Sequence record: PP430150.1
Source: Enterobacteria phage FfLilac
Length of the DNA: 6,424 nt
Strand: one strand, 5' to 3'
The translations under genes were made by a program, and so were the position numbers. Positions 5,167 to 6,424 of this stretch are shown piece by piece. Positions within the stretch are counted from its first letter, which is position 1. Each line of letters starts with the position of its first letter. A model generated the notes under the pieces. It did not search any database. It was not told the DNA's origin and saw only the letters and a list, made by a program, of their open reading frames with translations.

Positions 5167-6424
5167 TTTTGTTTTCTTGATGTTTGTTTCATCATCTTCT
5201 TTTGCTCAAGTAATTGAAATGAATAATTCGCCTCTGCGCGATTTCGTGACTTGGTATTCAAAGCAAACAGGTGAATCTGTTATTGTCTCACCTGATGTTA
5301 AAGGTACAGTCACTGTATATTCCTCTGACGTTAAGCCTGAAAATTTACGCAATTTCTTTATCTCTGTTTTACGTGCTAATAATTTTGATATGGTTGGCTC
5401 TAATCCTTCCATAATTCAGAAATATAACCCAAATAGTCAGGATTATATTGATGAATTGCCATCATCTGATATTCAGGAATATGATGATAATTCCGCTCCT
5501 TCTGGTGGTTTCTTTGTTCCGCAAAATGATAATGTTACTCAAACATTTAAAATTAATAACGTTCGCGCAAAGGATTTAATAAGGGTTGTAGAATTGTTTG
5601 TTAAATCTAATACATCTAAATCCTCAAATGTATTATCTGTTGATGGTTCTAACTTATTAGTAGTTAGCGCCCCTAAAGATATTTTAGATAATCTTCCGCA
5701 ATTTCTTTCTACTGTTGATTTGCCAACTGACCAGATATTGATTGAAGGATTAATTTTCGAGGTTCAGCAAGGTGATGCTTTAGATTTTTCCTTTGCTGCT
5801 GGCTCTCAGCGCGGCACTGTTGCTGGTGGTGTTAATACTGACCGTCTAACCTCTGTTTTATCTTCTGCGGGTGGTTCGTTCGGTATTTTTAACGGCGATG
5901 TTTTAGGGCTGTCAGTTCGCGCATTAAAGACTAATAGCCATTCAAAAATATTGTCTGTGCCTCGTATTCTTACGCTTTCAGGTCAGAAGGGTTCTATTTC
6001 TGTTGGCCAGAATGTCCCTTTTATTACTGGTCGTGTAACTGGTGAATCTGCCAATGTAAATAATCCATTTCAGACAATTGAGCGTCAAAATGTTGGTATT
6101 TCTATGAGTGTTTTTCCCGTTGCAATGGCTGGCGGTAATATTGTTCTGGATATTACTAGCAAGGCCGATAGTTTGAGTTCTTCTACTCAGGCAAGTGATG
6201 TTATTACTAATCAAAGAAGTATTGCGACAACGGTTAATTTGCGTGATGGTCAGACTCTTTTACTCGGTGGCCTCACTGATTATAAAAACACTTCTCAGGA
6301 TTCTGGCGTACCGTTCCTGTCTAAAATCCCTTTAATCGGCCTCCTGTTTAGCTCCCGCTCTGATTCTAACGAGGAAAGCACGTTATACGTGCTCGTCAAA
6401 GCAACCATAGTACGCGCCCTGTAG
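5144..6424 (+). CDS. IV: Gene IV protein, outer-membrane secretin for phage export, 426 aa precursor
   Basis: The ORF track opens at an upstream in-frame ATG (5105). The authentic start is ATG 5144-5146, preceded by aaagg, giving signal peptide MKLLNVINFVFLMFVSSSSFA and mature QVIEMNNSPLRDF... The start overlaps the end of gene I by 23 nt. TAG stop at 6422-6424 is the last codon of the window. Confidence 0.93.
   Translation: MKLLNVINFVFLMFVSSSSFAQVIEMNNSPLRDFVTWYSKQTGESVIVSPDVKGTVTVYSSDVKPENLRNFFISVLRANNFDMVGSNPSIIQKYNPNSQDYIDELPSSDIQEYDDNSAPSGGFFVPQNDNVTQTFKINNVRAKDLIRVVELFVKSNTSKSSNVLSVDGSNLLVVSAPKDILDNLPQFLSTVDLPTDQILIEGLIFEVQQGDALDFSFAAGSQRGTVAGGVNTDRLTSVLSSAGGSFGIFNGDVLGLSVRALKTNSHSKILSVPRILTLSGQKGSISVGQNVPFITGRVTGESANVNNPFQTIERQNVGISMSVFPVAMAGGNIVLDITSKADSLSSSTQASDVITNQRSIATTVNLRDGQTLLLGGLTDYKNTSQDSGVPFLSKIPLIGLLFSSRSDSNEESTLYVLVKATIVRAL

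Noticed and set aside
5206-6214. Minus-strand ORFs 5206..5412 and 5978..6214 inside gene IV
   Set aside because: Antisense to a well-supported secretin gene, with no independent evidence. Same reasoning as above.
1-6424. A novel defence, toxin-antitoxin or other undescribed system hidden in the window
   Set aside because: Every segment is explained by canonical Ff phage genes and intergenic elements. There is no unassigned coding capacity, inserted cargo, integrase, lacZ or other vector insert. Claiming novelty would be unsupported.

Overview
This window is essentially a complete genome of an Ff-type filamentous coliphage (M13/f1/fd family, Inovirus), linearised immediately after the gene IV stop codon; I see no novel or undescribed system in it. 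It begins in the intergenic region (packaging signal, minus-strand origin, plus-strand origin with the pII nicking hairpin) and then runs through the canonical + strand gene order II(X)-V-VII-IX-VIII-III-VI-I(XI)-IV, with gene IV ending on the last base (6424). All eleven known proteins are recognisable from the translations. Every gene is on the + strand, and the remaining ORF-track entries are off-frame or antisense artefacts. The points worth a second look are variations on a known genome: an apparent extra 15-bp EGGGS unit in the second glycine-rich linker of gene III, a variant stem and loop in the plus-origin nicking hairpin, and substitutions clustered in the A/T-rich origin enhancer while the first ~258 nt match the reference. 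All comparisons to reference M13/f1/fd are from memory, not from an alignment, and need confirmation.
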